Part shown: piece by piece, positions 1-9,694 of the stretch
How the letters are laid out: each line of letters begins with the position of its first letter
Position numbering within the stretch: position 1 is the first letter of the stretch
Assembly: GCA_965261545.1 (NCBI GenBank)
Contig: CBDHDF010000010.1
Location: 672,001-736,000, forward strand
Length of the DNA stretch: 64,000 nt
Origin: Bdellovibrionales bacterium
GTDB taxonomy: Bacteria > Bdellovibrionota > Bdellovibrionia > Bdellovibrionales > UBA1609
Reading direction: 5' to 3'
Program-made: the position numbers and the translations under genes
Notes under the pieces: model-generated
The model's database searches: none
Seen by the model: the letters and a program-made list of their open reading frames with translations, nothing else
What the model was told of the DNA's origin: nothing

Positions 1-96
1 AAAACTTCCATGCCAACTTAAGTCTTGATGCTGTCTTGCATGACTCCAGGTTTGAATCATAGTCTGAAAGTCTTGCCCATTAAATTCATTGGACAT
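1..96 (-). CDS. 5' fragment of a gene running off the window edge, possibly PrkA-family serine kinase
   Basis: Manual translation from ATG at 96 (AGGGAG just upstream) gives MSNEFNGQDFQTMIQTWSHARQHQDLSWHGSF, open to the edge. The W-x-G-S-F resembles the PrkA/YeaG N-terminus, but only 32 codons are visible. Confidence 0.35.
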   Translation of the reverse strand, partial: MSNEFNGQDFQTMIQTWSHARQHQDLSWHGSF

Positions 97-233
97 ATCT
101 TCTCCCTTTATTTATAAATTTATAAATGAAACTTAATAACATTATACTCTATATTTTCCATAAGAATCTATGTTATCTTTTACAAGCCGTAAGTCCAAGT
201 GACATGACCTTCGACTAGAACATACAAAAAAAC

Positions 234-875
234 TTGCCACTTTTGCCCTCATACTTGAATGGTGAACAGGAGCTTCTTATTAAAACTTTAAAATCATCTT
301 TCTTTACACAGGACACCATTGAAGTGGCTCGCTCACTTTTAGGTTGCTATTTAGTCAGACAAATAGACCACCTTACACTTGTCGGTCGCATTGTAGAAAC
401 AGAAGCCTACCTTGGATTTCAAGACCCTTGCTGCCACAGCTTCAAAGGACTTCCAACAAAACGAACAGAGGCGATGTTCCTTCCTGGCGGCCATAGCTAT
501 GTCTATTTTATTTATGGAATGTATTATTGTTTTAACGTGGTGACTCAACAAAAGGCCCCTGAAGCCGTCCTTATTCGAGCTTTGGAACCCATAGAGGGAA
601 TCAGAGAAATGAGGAAAAGAAGAGGGTGCGAAAAAATCAAGAACTTGTGCTCAGGTCCTGGAAAACTATGTGAAGCCATGGGTATCACAAAAACCTTAAA
701 CGCAAAAAAACTGAGTGAGAAAAAAGAGATTTATATTTTGAAAGATCACAAACGGATCCAAAAAATACAGACGGACCGCCGAGTGGGACTCCCCATCCAC
801 GAAGATGCGGCCTATTGGCCACTAAGATTTTACGTTACAGATAACCCCTTTGTATCTGTTCATTGGGTCAAGTAA
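234..875 (+). CDS. mpg: DNA-3-methyladenine glycosylase (MPG/AAG family)
   Basis: Motifs GRIVETEAY, YVYFIYGMYYCFNVV, AVLIRALEP, SGPGKLC. Start codon uncertain. Confidence 0.93.
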   Translation: MPLLPSYLNGEQELLIKTLKSSFFTQDTIEVARSLLGCYLVRQIDHLTLVGRIVETEAYLGFQDPCCHSFKGLPTKRTEAMFLPGGHSYVYFIYGMYYCFNVVTQQKAPEAVLIRALEPIEGIREMRKRRGCEKIKNLCSGPGKLCEAMGITKTLNAKKLSEKKEIYILKDHKRIQKIQTDRRVGLPIHEDAAYWPLRFYVTDNPFVSVHWVK

Positions 876-938
876 TCACTGGATCAAGTAAATAGGCGTT
901 GAGTTAAGAAATCAGAAAAATATCCCGATAATTTCTTT

Positions 939-1286
939 ATGACTCACTCTCACACGAATCCATTTGGACTTCTCATCACCCTTATGATTCTTGTCGTTGG
1001 ACTACAAAAGATTCATATTCATTTTAAAGACCACTTCTCCACTGAGAAAGTCTATCGCCTGGAAATCCATCGCTTGCAAAATGCACTGGGAAGAGAGACC
1101 TTCCACCATAAAGTGACCCAATATCATCTGGCCAGCTCTAAAAAAGAACTGGATCAATTAAGAAAAAACTTCTCTAAATTGGCACCTGTTATTTCAAAAT
1201 GCAGAGAGAACTACAAAAAAGATCATAAAAAAAAGAGGACCTATAGAGACATTACCAGTTCTCAAGCTAAAAGTCCTTCTCAATGA
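939..1286 (+). CDS. hypothetical membrane-anchored protein
   Basis: 115-aa ORF with an N-terminal hydrophobic segment and a helical charged remainder. Confidence 0.55.
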   Translation: MTHSHTNPFGLLITLMILVVGLQKIHIHFKDHFSTEKVYRLEIHRLQNALGRETFHHKVTQYHLASSKKELDQLRKNFSKLAPVISKCRENYKKDHKKKRTYRDITSSQAKSPSQ

Positions 1287-1374
1287 CCATCACCAAGAAA
1301 ATAAACAGCAAGAAAATAAATAAAGCGTGAGAGTCATATTTTTTAGAGACTCTCCTACTCCCACCAAGACCACA

Positions 1375-1409
1375 GGCGAGCAAACTCCTCTTAAGAGTGG
1401 TTTCTCGCC
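1375..1409. terminator. hairpin between convergent genes (candidate bidirectional terminator)
   Basis: GGCGAG-CAAAC..CTCTT / AAGAG..GTTT-CTCGCC imperfect inverted repeat. Confidence 0.45.
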
Positions 1410-1457
1410 GTTATATTTATTATTCTATCTATTATTCTATCATCTATAAGATGCTAT

Positions 1458-2045
1458 TTATTCTACTGCTGTAGGATTATCCAAACTCTTATTGGAGTTA
1501 GGTAGGCTGGGTGTTTCTTCAACTTTGCTAAAATTGTTACTTTCCAGCGTCGAAATACAATTCTTATTCTTTACACTATTCGCAGCGCTCACCACACGCT
1601 CCTCCAAAGACTGCTTCAAGTCGTCAAAAGAGGGCTTCGCCTTTTCCACTGTCAATGGGTTGATCCTTGCGGAAGGTGAAGGCATTTGATTCTCAGCATA
1701 GTCTTTAGGAAAAGCTCCCAACTTGGCAAGATAGCTGGAAATACTCCCATTGCCATTTTGTATAATGTCACGAAGTGTAATAATCGGGGCATATTGTGCT
1801 GCCCTTTTCTCTGACTCAAAAATAATCTGAGTTAAAGTGGCCGGTGTGATATCATTTTTGGTCTTGTTATCAATCACTTTGACATCCTCATCAAAGCGAA
1901 TCATCTTCGCAATATCCTCCAAAGTCACATAGCAGCTTTGCTGTGTATCGTAGAGTTTACGATTTTGATATCTCTTAATAATCTTTAGTGACCTAACACC
2001 CGACCGAGATGGCTTATTCACTTTCATTAGCATTTCTTGGCTCAT
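1458..2045 (-). CDS. PhaR-like polyhydroxyalkanoate synthesis regulator DNA-binding domain protein
   Basis: IIKRYQNRKLYDTQQSCYVTLEDI...VIDNKTKNDIT..TLTQII signature. ATG at 2045 is preceded by AAGGAGG. Confidence 0.85.
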   Translation of the reverse strand: MSQEMLMKVNKPSRSGVRSLKIIKRYQNRKLYDTQQSCYVTLEDIAKMIRFDEDVKVIDNKTKNDITPATLTQIIFESEKRAAQYAPIITLRDIIQNGNGSISSYLAKLGAFPKDYAENQMPSPSARINPLTVEKAKPSFDDLKQSLEERVVSAANSVKNKNCISTLESNNFSKVEETPSLPNSNKSLDNPTAVE

Positions 2046-2571
2046 TGAACGGCCTCCTTTACCTTGGCTTATCAAGGTTTTATATAAGGGTTTTTCTATT
2101 ACTTATGTTGCCTGATCCATAGGACCACAAGGGACTGCAATAACTAAAACCACCACTCACCCATAAGAATGGCCCCTTTGACAACCTACGTCATGGCGGC
2201 ACCATATGGAATGCGTCATGACCTGTCAAGTCCCTTTTATCAGATGGCATAAGTATTCTAAAAAATCTGAAATAATTACAGCCTCCCAACCCATTGAATA
2301 ACAAAATATCTGCCAAGGCAGCCCTCCTCACCCAAAGACGAGACGAATTTCCAAGAAACACAGGGTTCTATCCGAAATCTAAGACATATCTTTCCCACTT
2401 TTGGGACCACTCCAGGGAAGATGCGGTACATAAGGGTCTCACTGCACACAAAAGCCACATCTCGGCCCTTTCAAGTTGGTATGAAATTTGATTAAGACAA
2501 AACTAACCCACATGATTTAAGAAAATAGAAATTCAAATAAACAGTTACTAAAAAACAAAGGAAAATCATCT

Positions 2572-3918
2572 ATGAAAAATATGAAGTCATCTTATATTCA
2601 AGATCAAAATCATAACCATGAAAAGCCCCCGAGTCAGGAAAGAAACCTACTCCAGAAAAAGACCCTAGCCCATGAAAAACAAGCTTTTCTCACTCTATGT
2701 AATAACTCGGGATTACAGAAATATCGACTTGGAGAGTACGTCACCCTAGGAAAGTCTGTGGAAAATCAGATTCAAGTGATAGACGAAAAAGTGTCTTCCA
2801 AGCACCTACGGATCGACCTCACATACAAGGGCTTTCTACTCCAAGACCTGAAGAGTCACCATGGAACATTTGTCAATAATACCTACGTTTTATCCTGCTA
2901 CCTCAAAGAAGGAGATCGAATCAACGTTGGCCATCACAGCTTTCTCTTTAGCCAAACCTTTAGTCATTATCAAGACCACTTCAAATCCCTCAAAAGCCAG
3001 AACCCATCTTGGCAAAAGCAGCTCTCTAAACTTCCACAAATATCTCAATCCAACTTTCCCGTTCTTATTGCAGGTCCCTCTGGAACAGGTAAAGAACTTG
3101 TAGCAAGATTTATCCATAACAATTCAAATAGATCCAAAGGACCTCTAGTCAGCATCAACTGTAGCGCTCTCAACGCTAACCTCATTGAAAGCGAGTTGTT
3201 TGGACATAAAAAGGGTAGCTTTACAGGCGCTGAACAAAACCGCAAAGGAGCCTTTCTAGCCGCTCAAGGAGGAACTCTTTTTTTAGATGAAATCGGTGAT
3301 CTTCCACAAGATTTTCAACCAAAATTTCTTCGCGCCCTAGAAAATAACGAAATCAAACCTGTTGGTAGTGACAGCTCTCTTCCCACGGATGTCCGCATTA
3401 TTGCTGCCACTCACCAAAATCTCAAAAACCATGTGATTCAAGAAAAATTTCGTGCTGATTTATTTTATCGCCTGAACGTGTTGCCCATCTCTATACCGTC
3501 CCTCAAAAATCGCCTCGAAGACTTTGAAAACCTGCTCTTCCAAATGGCTAAACACCTCAAAGTGCATTTTACCCGTGAAGCTATTGAAAAATTAAAACAA
3601 CATCCATGGCCTGGCAATATTCGCGAGCTTAAAACGGCTGTGGCACGAGCCCATACCTTTTGTGAAGACAAAATCGTTAGAGAGACCGATATCAAACATA
3701 TCGTTGATGCATTCAATGTAAGAAGTTATACATCCAACAAAAACCTCTCTTTGATTCAAGAAACTGAAAAAAAAATGATCTGTCGCAGTCTCATGGACCA
3801 CAATGGGAATCAGAAAAAAACGGCCATGGATCTAGGTATGCCTCGAAGCACGCTTCACGACCGAATCAAACTGTATGAAATTAATATCAAACAACTTGTG
3901 AGCAAAGATATCTCTTGA
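2572..3918 (+). CDS. FHA-domain sigma-54-dependent transcriptional activator (FHA-AAA+-Fis HTH)
   Basis: FHA-like N-terminus, Walker A GPSGTGKE, ESELFGH, GSFTGA, LFLDEIG, WPGNIREL, C-terminal HTH. Confidence 0.92.
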   Translation: MKNMKSSYIQDQNHNHEKPPSQERNLLQKKTLAHEKQAFLTLCNNSGLQKYRLGEYVTLGKSVENQIQVIDEKVSSKHLRIDLTYKGFLLQDLKSHHGTFVNNTYVLSCYLKEGDRINVGHHSFLFSQTFSHYQDHFKSLKSQNPSWQKQLSKLPQISQSNFPVLIAGPSGTGKELVARFIHNNSNRSKGPLVSINCSALNANLIESELFGHKKGSFTGAEQNRKGAFLAAQGGTLFLDEIGDLPQDFQPKFLRALENNEIKPVGSDSSLPTDVRIIAATHQNLKNHVIQEKFRADLFYRLNVLPISIPSLKNRLEDFENLLFQMAKHLKVHFTREAIEKLKQHPWPGNIRELKTAVARAHTFCEDKIVRETDIKHIVDAFNVRSYTSNKNLSLIQETEKKMICRSLMDHNGNQKKTAMDLGMPRSTLHDRIKLYEINIKQLVSKDIS

Positions 3919-4072
3919 ATCAAAGCTTCTTGAAAACCTCTTCAACAAAAATGGGTGGCCCATTCCACCGAAATAGACAGGACCCACCACCGGGGACCCA
4001 CCGCTAACACCTCCGGCTCCATCCGGTCCGGGGGCACCACTGAAAGATAATTCACCGATGGAGCATGATGCC

Positions 4073-6037
4073 TCACTCCACCGTGACTGATTTAGCCAAA
4101 TTTCTCGGTTGATCCACATTATGACCAAGGGCATGGGCGACATGGAAGGCGAGAAGCTGTAAAGGAATGAGTTCCAAGAAAGGAACCATGCTCCACGGAA
4201 CCTTCGGAAGGGATAAATACTCTTCACTCAATGCCTTTAAAGGAATATTATCACCTGTACCAATGGAGATGAGTTGCCCTCCACGGGCACGAGATTCCTC
4301 AATATTGCTCATGGTCTTTTCATAGAGGGTGTCACTGGGAGCGAGGGCCACAATAGCCATGTTTTTGTCGATAAGGGCAAGGGGACCGTGTTTCATTTCC
4401 CCTGCGGCATAGCCCTCCGCATGCATATAAGCAAGTTCCTTAAGCTTAAGAGCCCCTTCCATAGCCACGGGGTAATGAATACCTCTACCAATATACAAAA
4501 AACCTTTGTACTTTGTAAGAGCTTGGGCCGCCTCACTAAAAAAATGATCGTAGGCGAGAATATTTTCCATATGGCTAGAAATTTCAAGCAAGGCGAGAAT
4601 GGACTCTTGCTCCTTGACCCTTGCCAGCCGTCCATGGGCTTTGGCCATTTGAAGAGCAAGCAAATGTAAAATAGCTAAAGTGCATGTCAGTGCCTTGGTG
4701 CTTGCAACACCCACCTCAATGCCAGCATTCATATATAAACGCCCTTCTGACTCCCGGTCCATGGTGGAGTTCTTGACATTGCAGATAGTGAGAATGCGAG
4801 GCTGGCTTTCTTTCACAAGCCTCAAAGCCGCCAAACTATCTGCGGTCTCTCCACTTTGTGAAATGAGAATCACCAAGGAGTTTTTAGGAATAATCGGATG
4901 GCGATAACGAAATTCACTGGCCACATCCACCTCCACAGGCAGTCCCACAAGGCTTTCAATGATATACTCCCCCATCAAGCCTGCATAAAAGCTTGTGCCA
5001 CAGGCGACAATAAAAACACGCTCCACAGACTTCAAAACTTCATGAGTGCAAGCTAAGTCTTTTTCAATATCCTCCCCCCCATGAAATTCAATACCCCCTC
5101 CATGAAACCCATCAGAGCTCTCACCGAGGCTTTCACAAGAGGTCCCGACCGGGGCCCCCCTGGGAGTCTCACAAGAAAACCCCACTCCTGAGAGACGAAT
5201 ACTTTTTGTTTCAATATCGATATGGGGAGCTATGGCCGCCGCCACGGCCCTGGGCTGCTCGTAAATCTCTTTGAGCATAAAGTGGGAATAACCCTGCTTC
5301 TCAGCCCTCTCCTCACTCCAGTCAAGTATCGTGGGCAGCCTTTTCTTACCTTCTTCTCGCTCCCCCTGTTGAAAAAAGTGAACCTCTGTTTTTTGAATAT
5401 GAACAACTTCTTCGTCATTGATGTAAAGAACCTGTTTTGTATGGGGAGCTATGGCCAAAATATCACTGGCGACAATGGTGAAATCTTTGCCCAACCCCAC
5501 AATGAGAGGAGGCCCCTTTTTAAAGGCCACAAGTTCATGGGGATGATCTTCAGAAATAGCGAGGACAGAATAAGCCCCCGTGATTTTCTCCACAACAGCC
5601 ATGGCCCCACTCACAAGGTCCAAGCCCTTATCTATTTGCTGAGCCATGAGATGGGCAATCAACTCAGAGTCTGTGTCGGACTCAAGAGAGACCCCAAGCC
5701 GACACAATTCCTCCCTGAGTTCAATATAGTTTTCTATAACTCCATTGTGCACAATGCTCACCCCCTTGGCACAATGGGGATGGGCATTTCGCTCTGTGGG
5801 AGCTCCATGGGTGGCCCACCGAGTGTGACCAATTCCAAGTTGGCCATCAAAGACCTCACCCGCGAGCTTCTTTTCAAGTTCAATGAGCTTACCTTGAGCT
5901 CGAATCCGTTTGAAGACTCCCCGATGCAAAGTGGTCAAGCCCGCACTGTCATAGCCTCGATATTCAAGTTTTTTAAGCCCATCTAAGATGACATCCACGG
6001 GCCTATCAGGCCCGTAATAGCCAATGATTCCACACAT
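4073..6037 (-). CDS. glmS: glutamine--fructose-6-phosphate aminotransferase
   Basis: N-terminal MCGIIG, GHTRWATHG, SQSGET, C-terminal PRNLAKSVTVE. Confidence 0.98.
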   Translation of the reverse strand: MCGIIGYYGPDRPVDVILDGLKKLEYRGYDSAGLTTLHRGVFKRIRAQGKLIELEKKLAGEVFDGQLGIGHTRWATHGAPTERNAHPHCAKGVSIVHNGVIENYIELREELCRLGVSLESDTDSELIAHLMAQQIDKGLDLVSGAMAVVEKITGAYSVLAISEDHPHELVAFKKGPPLIVGLGKDFTIVASDILAIAPHTKQVLYINDEEVVHIQKTEVHFFQQGEREEGKKRLPTILDWSEERAEKQGYSHFMLKEIYEQPRAVAAAIAPHIDIETKSIRLSGVGFSCETPRGAPVGTSCESLGESSDGFHGGGIEFHGGEDIEKDLACTHEVLKSVERVFIVACGTSFYAGLMGEYIIESLVGLPVEVDVASEFRYRHPIIPKNSLVILISQSGETADSLAALRLVKESQPRILTICNVKNSTMDRESEGRLYMNAGIEVGVASTKALTCTLAILHLLALQMAKAHGRLARVKEQESILALLEISSHMENILAYDHFFSEAAQALTKYKGFLYIGRGIHYPVAMEGALKLKELAYMHAEGYAAGEMKHGPLALIDKNMAIVALAPSDTLYEKTMSNIEESRARGGQLISIGTGDNIPLKALSEEYLSLPKVPWSMVPFLELIPLQLLAFHVAHALGHNVDQPRNLAKSVTVE

Positions 6038-6040
6038 CGC

Positions 6041-7489
6041 TTATTCCACTTTATTTGGTGCCCGTAGTTTATCTGATGCCAACGGTTTGCTTGGTGCTGG
6101 TGGACAAGGGGGCTTGTAGTCTTTTTTAATCGTCTGCTGGCTACGGCTCAACCCCAAAGCCCCCTCGGGAATGTCTTTGGTGATCGTCGAGCCCGAACCC
6201 ACATAGGCATTATCCCCCACAGTGACCGGAGCCACAAATTGGGTATCACTACCCACAAAGACATTTTTCCCAATGATGGTCCTGTATTTCTTTTTATCCG
6301 TGGCATAATTACAAGTAATCGTGCCACAACCAATATTGGTGCCCTCCCCCACAGTGGCATCCCCTAAGTAGGTTAAGTGAGATGCCTGGGCACCACGACC
6401 AAACTCTACATTTTTCATCTCCACAAAGTTGCCAATCTTGGCCCCATGGCCAATCTTTGTTTCGGGTCGAAGCCGAGCATAGGGGCCGATCACAGATCGA
6501 GATTTCACTTGAACACTTTCAAAATAACAACCGGCCTTGATTTGAACATTGTCTCCAATATGACTGTTTATCACAAATCCATGGGGCTCTAGAACACAGT
6601 ATTTTCCAATGCGTGTGGGGCCCTTGATATAGACACCGGGATAAATCACTGTTCCCGCACCAATCTCCACGCCCTCTTCAATATAAGTGGCCTTTGGATC
6701 GACAATGACAACTCCATGGAGCAAATGCTTTTGAAGAATTCTCTGGAAAAGAGACTTGGTGGCCTTGGCAAGCTCCCTTTGAGTATTCACACCACAAGCC
6801 ACTCTCGGGGAAACAGCAATGGTCCCCAGGAGAAGCCCCGCCTCTTTCATCAAGGAGACCACATGGGTGAGATAAAGCTCCCCCTGGGCATTTTGCAATG
6901 AAACTTTTTGAGTTGAAGATTGTTGAGGTGAAATTTGGGGCAGATACTCACTTAAAATCTTGGCCTGAGTGACATAAATACCTGTATTCACCTCTTTGAT
7001 TTTTTTTGTTTCCACCGAGGCATCTTTGACTTCCACAATGGAGTGAAACTCGCGGTGGTGCCTGACAATACGGCCAAAGGCACCAGGTTTTTTAAGTTCA
7101 CATGTGGCCACAGAGAGAGCCGTTTTTTGGGCCTGAAATTTTTCCAAAATATGAAAAATGTCCTTGCTATCAATCAAAGGGTGATCGCCATTGAGAACAA
7201 TGACACCCCCATCCATAGTGCTTGGGTCAGCTGCTATCACGGCATCCGCTGTCCCCCTAGGCAACTCTTGCTTCATACAAATACAACCCAGGGGTTCGAC
7301 AACCTGGCGGACCAATGACTCGCCATGTCCTACAACAACTCGAATATGACGAATACCTGCCCCTTGGAGAGCCTGAACAATTCTATATAAAATAGGACGG
7401 CCAGCCACCGGATGCAGACACTTGGGCAAAGGGGAGTTCATACGAGTCCCTTGACCTGCGGCCAATATAATTGCAGAGAAATTAGACAT
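6041..7489 (-). CDS. glmU: bifunctional UDP-GlcNAc pyrophosphorylase / GlcN-1-P acetyltransferase
   Basis: ILAAGQGTRMNS, GNFVEMK, HLTYLGDA, hexapeptide repeats. Lies directly upstream of glmS. Confidence 0.97.
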   Translation of the reverse strand: MSNFSAIILAAGQGTRMNSPLPKCLHPVAGRPILYRIVQALQGAGIRHIRVVVGHGESLVRQVVEPLGCICMKQELPRGTADAVIAADPSTMDGGVIVLNGDHPLIDSKDIFHILEKFQAQKTALSVATCELKKPGAFGRIVRHHREFHSIVEVKDASVETKKIKEVNTGIYVTQAKILSEYLPQISPQQSSTQKVSLQNAQGELYLTHVVSLMKEAGLLLGTIAVSPRVACGVNTQRELAKATKSLFQRILQKHLLHGVVIVDPKATYIEEGVEIGAGTVIYPGVYIKGPTRIGKYCVLEPHGFVINSHIGDNVQIKAGCYFESVQVKSRSVIGPYARLRPETKIGHGAKIGNFVEMKNVEFGRGAQASHLTYLGDATVGEGTNIGCGTITCNYATDKKKYRTIIGKNVFVGSDTQFVAPVTVGDNAYVGSGSTITKDIPEGALGLSRSQQTIKKDYKPPCPPAPSKPLASDKLRAPNKVE

Positions 7490-7622
7490 ATCCCACCATG
7501 TCTAAGGAGAAAAGAACCTAAGGTCAACCCTAACTTGGAACAGTCCTAATTTATGAATGACTTGATAATTAAATAAATATATATATGGTACGTGACGGAG
7601 TGTGTGACGGATTTGCGATGGA

Positions 7623-8465
7623 GTGTGTGATGAATGTGTGATGAAGATGAACTTGAATCTTAGCGGCAAAACGGCCTTGGTTTGTGGGGCCTCTAGGGGA
7701 ATCGGAGCGGCCTCGGCCCATCAATTGGCCTCCCAAGGGGCCACAATCATCGGAGTCGCTCGAAACCAAGACTCTTTATCCAAGCTCTGTGCTAGCTTGG
7801 GAAGTGTTTCCGACGGTATTTCCAATCAAAAATCCCATAAACAGAAGCCCCACAGCTATATCGCCGTGGATGTTTCCCAAGGGGAAGAACTTCGCCAAAA
7901 AGTGGAAGAAAACATTCGAGAGTATGGCCCCATTTCCATTTTGGTTTGCAATGCCGGAGGACCACCCGCAGGCCCTTTGCTAGGAGCATCGCCCGAAGCC
8001 TTTCTCACATGCTTTAAAACCCATGTCCTCGCCAACCAAATTCTCGTGCAGTTGTTAACCCCTGGAATGAAAAAACAAGGCTTTGGAAGAATCATCAATA
8101 TTATTTCTACTTCTGTTAAAATCCCCATCCCCAACCTAGGAGTTTCCAATACCATCCGTGGAGCCGTCGCCAGTTGGTCTAAAACCTTGGCCAATGAACT
8201 TGGCCCCTTTCACATCACGGTGAACAATATTTTACCTGGCTTTACAGCTACGGAAAGACTGGACTCTTTAAAAGAAGCTGCCTCCAAAAGACTTGGAAAA
8301 ACTCCCTTGGAAATCGAAGATATGTGGAAAAAAACCATCCCTGCGGGACGATTTGCACAACCCACGGAGACAGCCTCTGCCGTTGCCTTTCTAGCGAGCC
8401 CTGCGGCCAGCTATATCAACGGCGTAAGCCTTCCCGTGGATGGAGGAAGGACAGGCTGCCTGTGA
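7623..8465 (+). CDS. SDR family oxidoreductase
   Basis: GASRGIG Rossmann motif, NAGGPP, VNNILPG, C-terminal VDGG. Real start is probably one of the downstream Mets (MKMNLNL). Confidence 0.9.
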   Translation: MCDECVMKMNLNLSGKTALVCGASRGIGAASAHQLASQGATIIGVARNQDSLSKLCASLGSVSDGISNQKSHKQKPHSYIAVDVSQGEELRQKVEENIREYGPISILVCNAGGPPAGPLLGASPEAFLTCFKTHVLANQILVQLLTPGMKKQGFGRIINIISTSVKIPIPNLGVSNTIRGAVASWSKTLANELGPFHITVNNILPGFTATERLDSLKEAASKRLGKTPLEIEDMWKKTIPAGRFAQPTETASAVAFLASPAASYINGVSLPVDGGRTGCL

Positions 8466-9694
8466 AATTCGATATCTTTTTATCCATCTGTCAAACGGAA
8501 GTTGACGGCCACATACCTACAGAAAGAGTCATGTGGGAGAATTTCTTTGATCAAATTCAACTGGCCGACGATCTAGGTTTTGAAACAGCTTGGATTGCTG
8601 AAACCCATTTGTCATGTGAAGAGCAAAAGAAAAATCCAAACCCTGTCATTCCCCACTTCAAAGGTGAAATTGGTCTAAATACTGACATCCTTCAACTTGC
8701 CCATAAAATCTTTGCAACAACAAAAAGAATCAATGTGGGCTCCGCTGTCATGAATATTCTTGCTAATGGGGGGCCCATTGCCCACGCAGAAGCCATTCGT
8801 ACTTTTCTCGCCCTCCACGGACTCAACCCCAATGAAAAAAGAATTCTCCATGTGGGCTTTGCCTCGGGGCGCTTTGAGTTTTCCAACCGCCCCTACGGGG
8901 TGGTTCCGCGAAACCAAACAGAAAAAGTCGCCTGGCCCGTCATCAAAGGAAAAATTCTTGCAGAAGCCACTGAAATTTTTCTTAGACTTCTTCGAGGAGA
9001 AACTCTTTCTTCATCAGAGGTAAGACCTAAAACTCTCGATGCCTCCGATTTTAGATCCACCGAGGAGTGGGACAAAATCGTATCCACCTACAAAAGAGAA
9101 ACGGGCCTTGACTCCCAAGATGTTATTGAAAAAATAGAAATTCCCCCCCTCTATCACTTCGATAAGATTGGACTTATCCCTAGGGAATCTCCCCTGCATT
9201 TATTGCAGTTGACCATTGGAACCCATGACCCTGCAATTCAAAGTCTTGCCAATGAGTATATGCCTGTAAGCGTCTTTAACCTCTCCATCACTCCCCAAGA
9301 TGTCATTGAGCAAACCCATAAGCGGATGGCCAACACTTTTCACAAAGATGGAGGGCCTTGGCAAAGAGAATTGATGCCAAGAACAGCCATGGTTTACCTA
9401 GACAATACTAAGGGACTTACCTGTGATGAACAAACGGTCCGGGCCCTTAAAAAAGCAGAGTCCGCTTGGAGAAATTACTGGAAGGCCATGGAGGGCACTC
9501 TCGACCAGAGTAAGGTCGACAAGGCCGTATCTAACACCATTGCGGGAAGCCCCAAGAAAGTGGCCCAATGTCTCAAGGAAAAATACCACCCTGAAGATCG
9601 CCTTATGTTGTGGTTTGATTTTAACAATCACGATAATGAAGATATTAAAAACAGCATGACTGTCTTTATGAATCAGATACGAAAAATGCTGTGA
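8462..9694 (+). CDS. LLM-class (luciferase-like) flavin-dependent oxidoreductase
   Basis: GTG start overlaps the SDR stop (GTGA). KFDIFLS, LADDLGFETAWIAETH, KRINVGSAVMN, IAGSPKKV. Confidence 0.82.
   Translation: MKFDIFLSICQTEVDGHIPTERVMWENFFDQIQLADDLGFETAWIAETHLSCEEQKKNPNPVIPHFKGEIGLNTDILQLAHKIFATTKRINVGSAVMNILANGGPIAHAEAIRTFLALHGLNPNEKRILHVGFASGRFEFSNRPYGVVPRNQTEKVAWPVIKGKILAEATEIFLRLLRGETLSSSEVRPKTLDASDFRSTEEWDKIVSTYKRETGLDSQDVIEKIEIPPLYHFDKIGLIPRESPLHLLQLTIGTHDPAIQSLANEYMPVSVFNLSITPQDVIEQTHKRMANTFHKDGGPWQRELMPRTAMVYLDNTKGLTCDEQTVRALKKAESAWRNYWKAMEGTLDQSKVDKAVSNTIAGSPKKVAQCLKEKYHPEDRLMLWFDFNNHDNEDIKNSMTVFMNQIRKML

Noticed and set aside
2178..2229. TTGACA...TGTCAA inverted pair with CGTCATG repeats upstream of the PhaR-like gene
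   Set aside because: Could be divergent -35 elements or an operator, but it is too short and degenerate to support a call.
3832..4227. Gly/Pro-rich minus-strand ORF between the activator and glmS
   Set aside because: Overlaps both real genes, has no recognisable motif and no clear SD.
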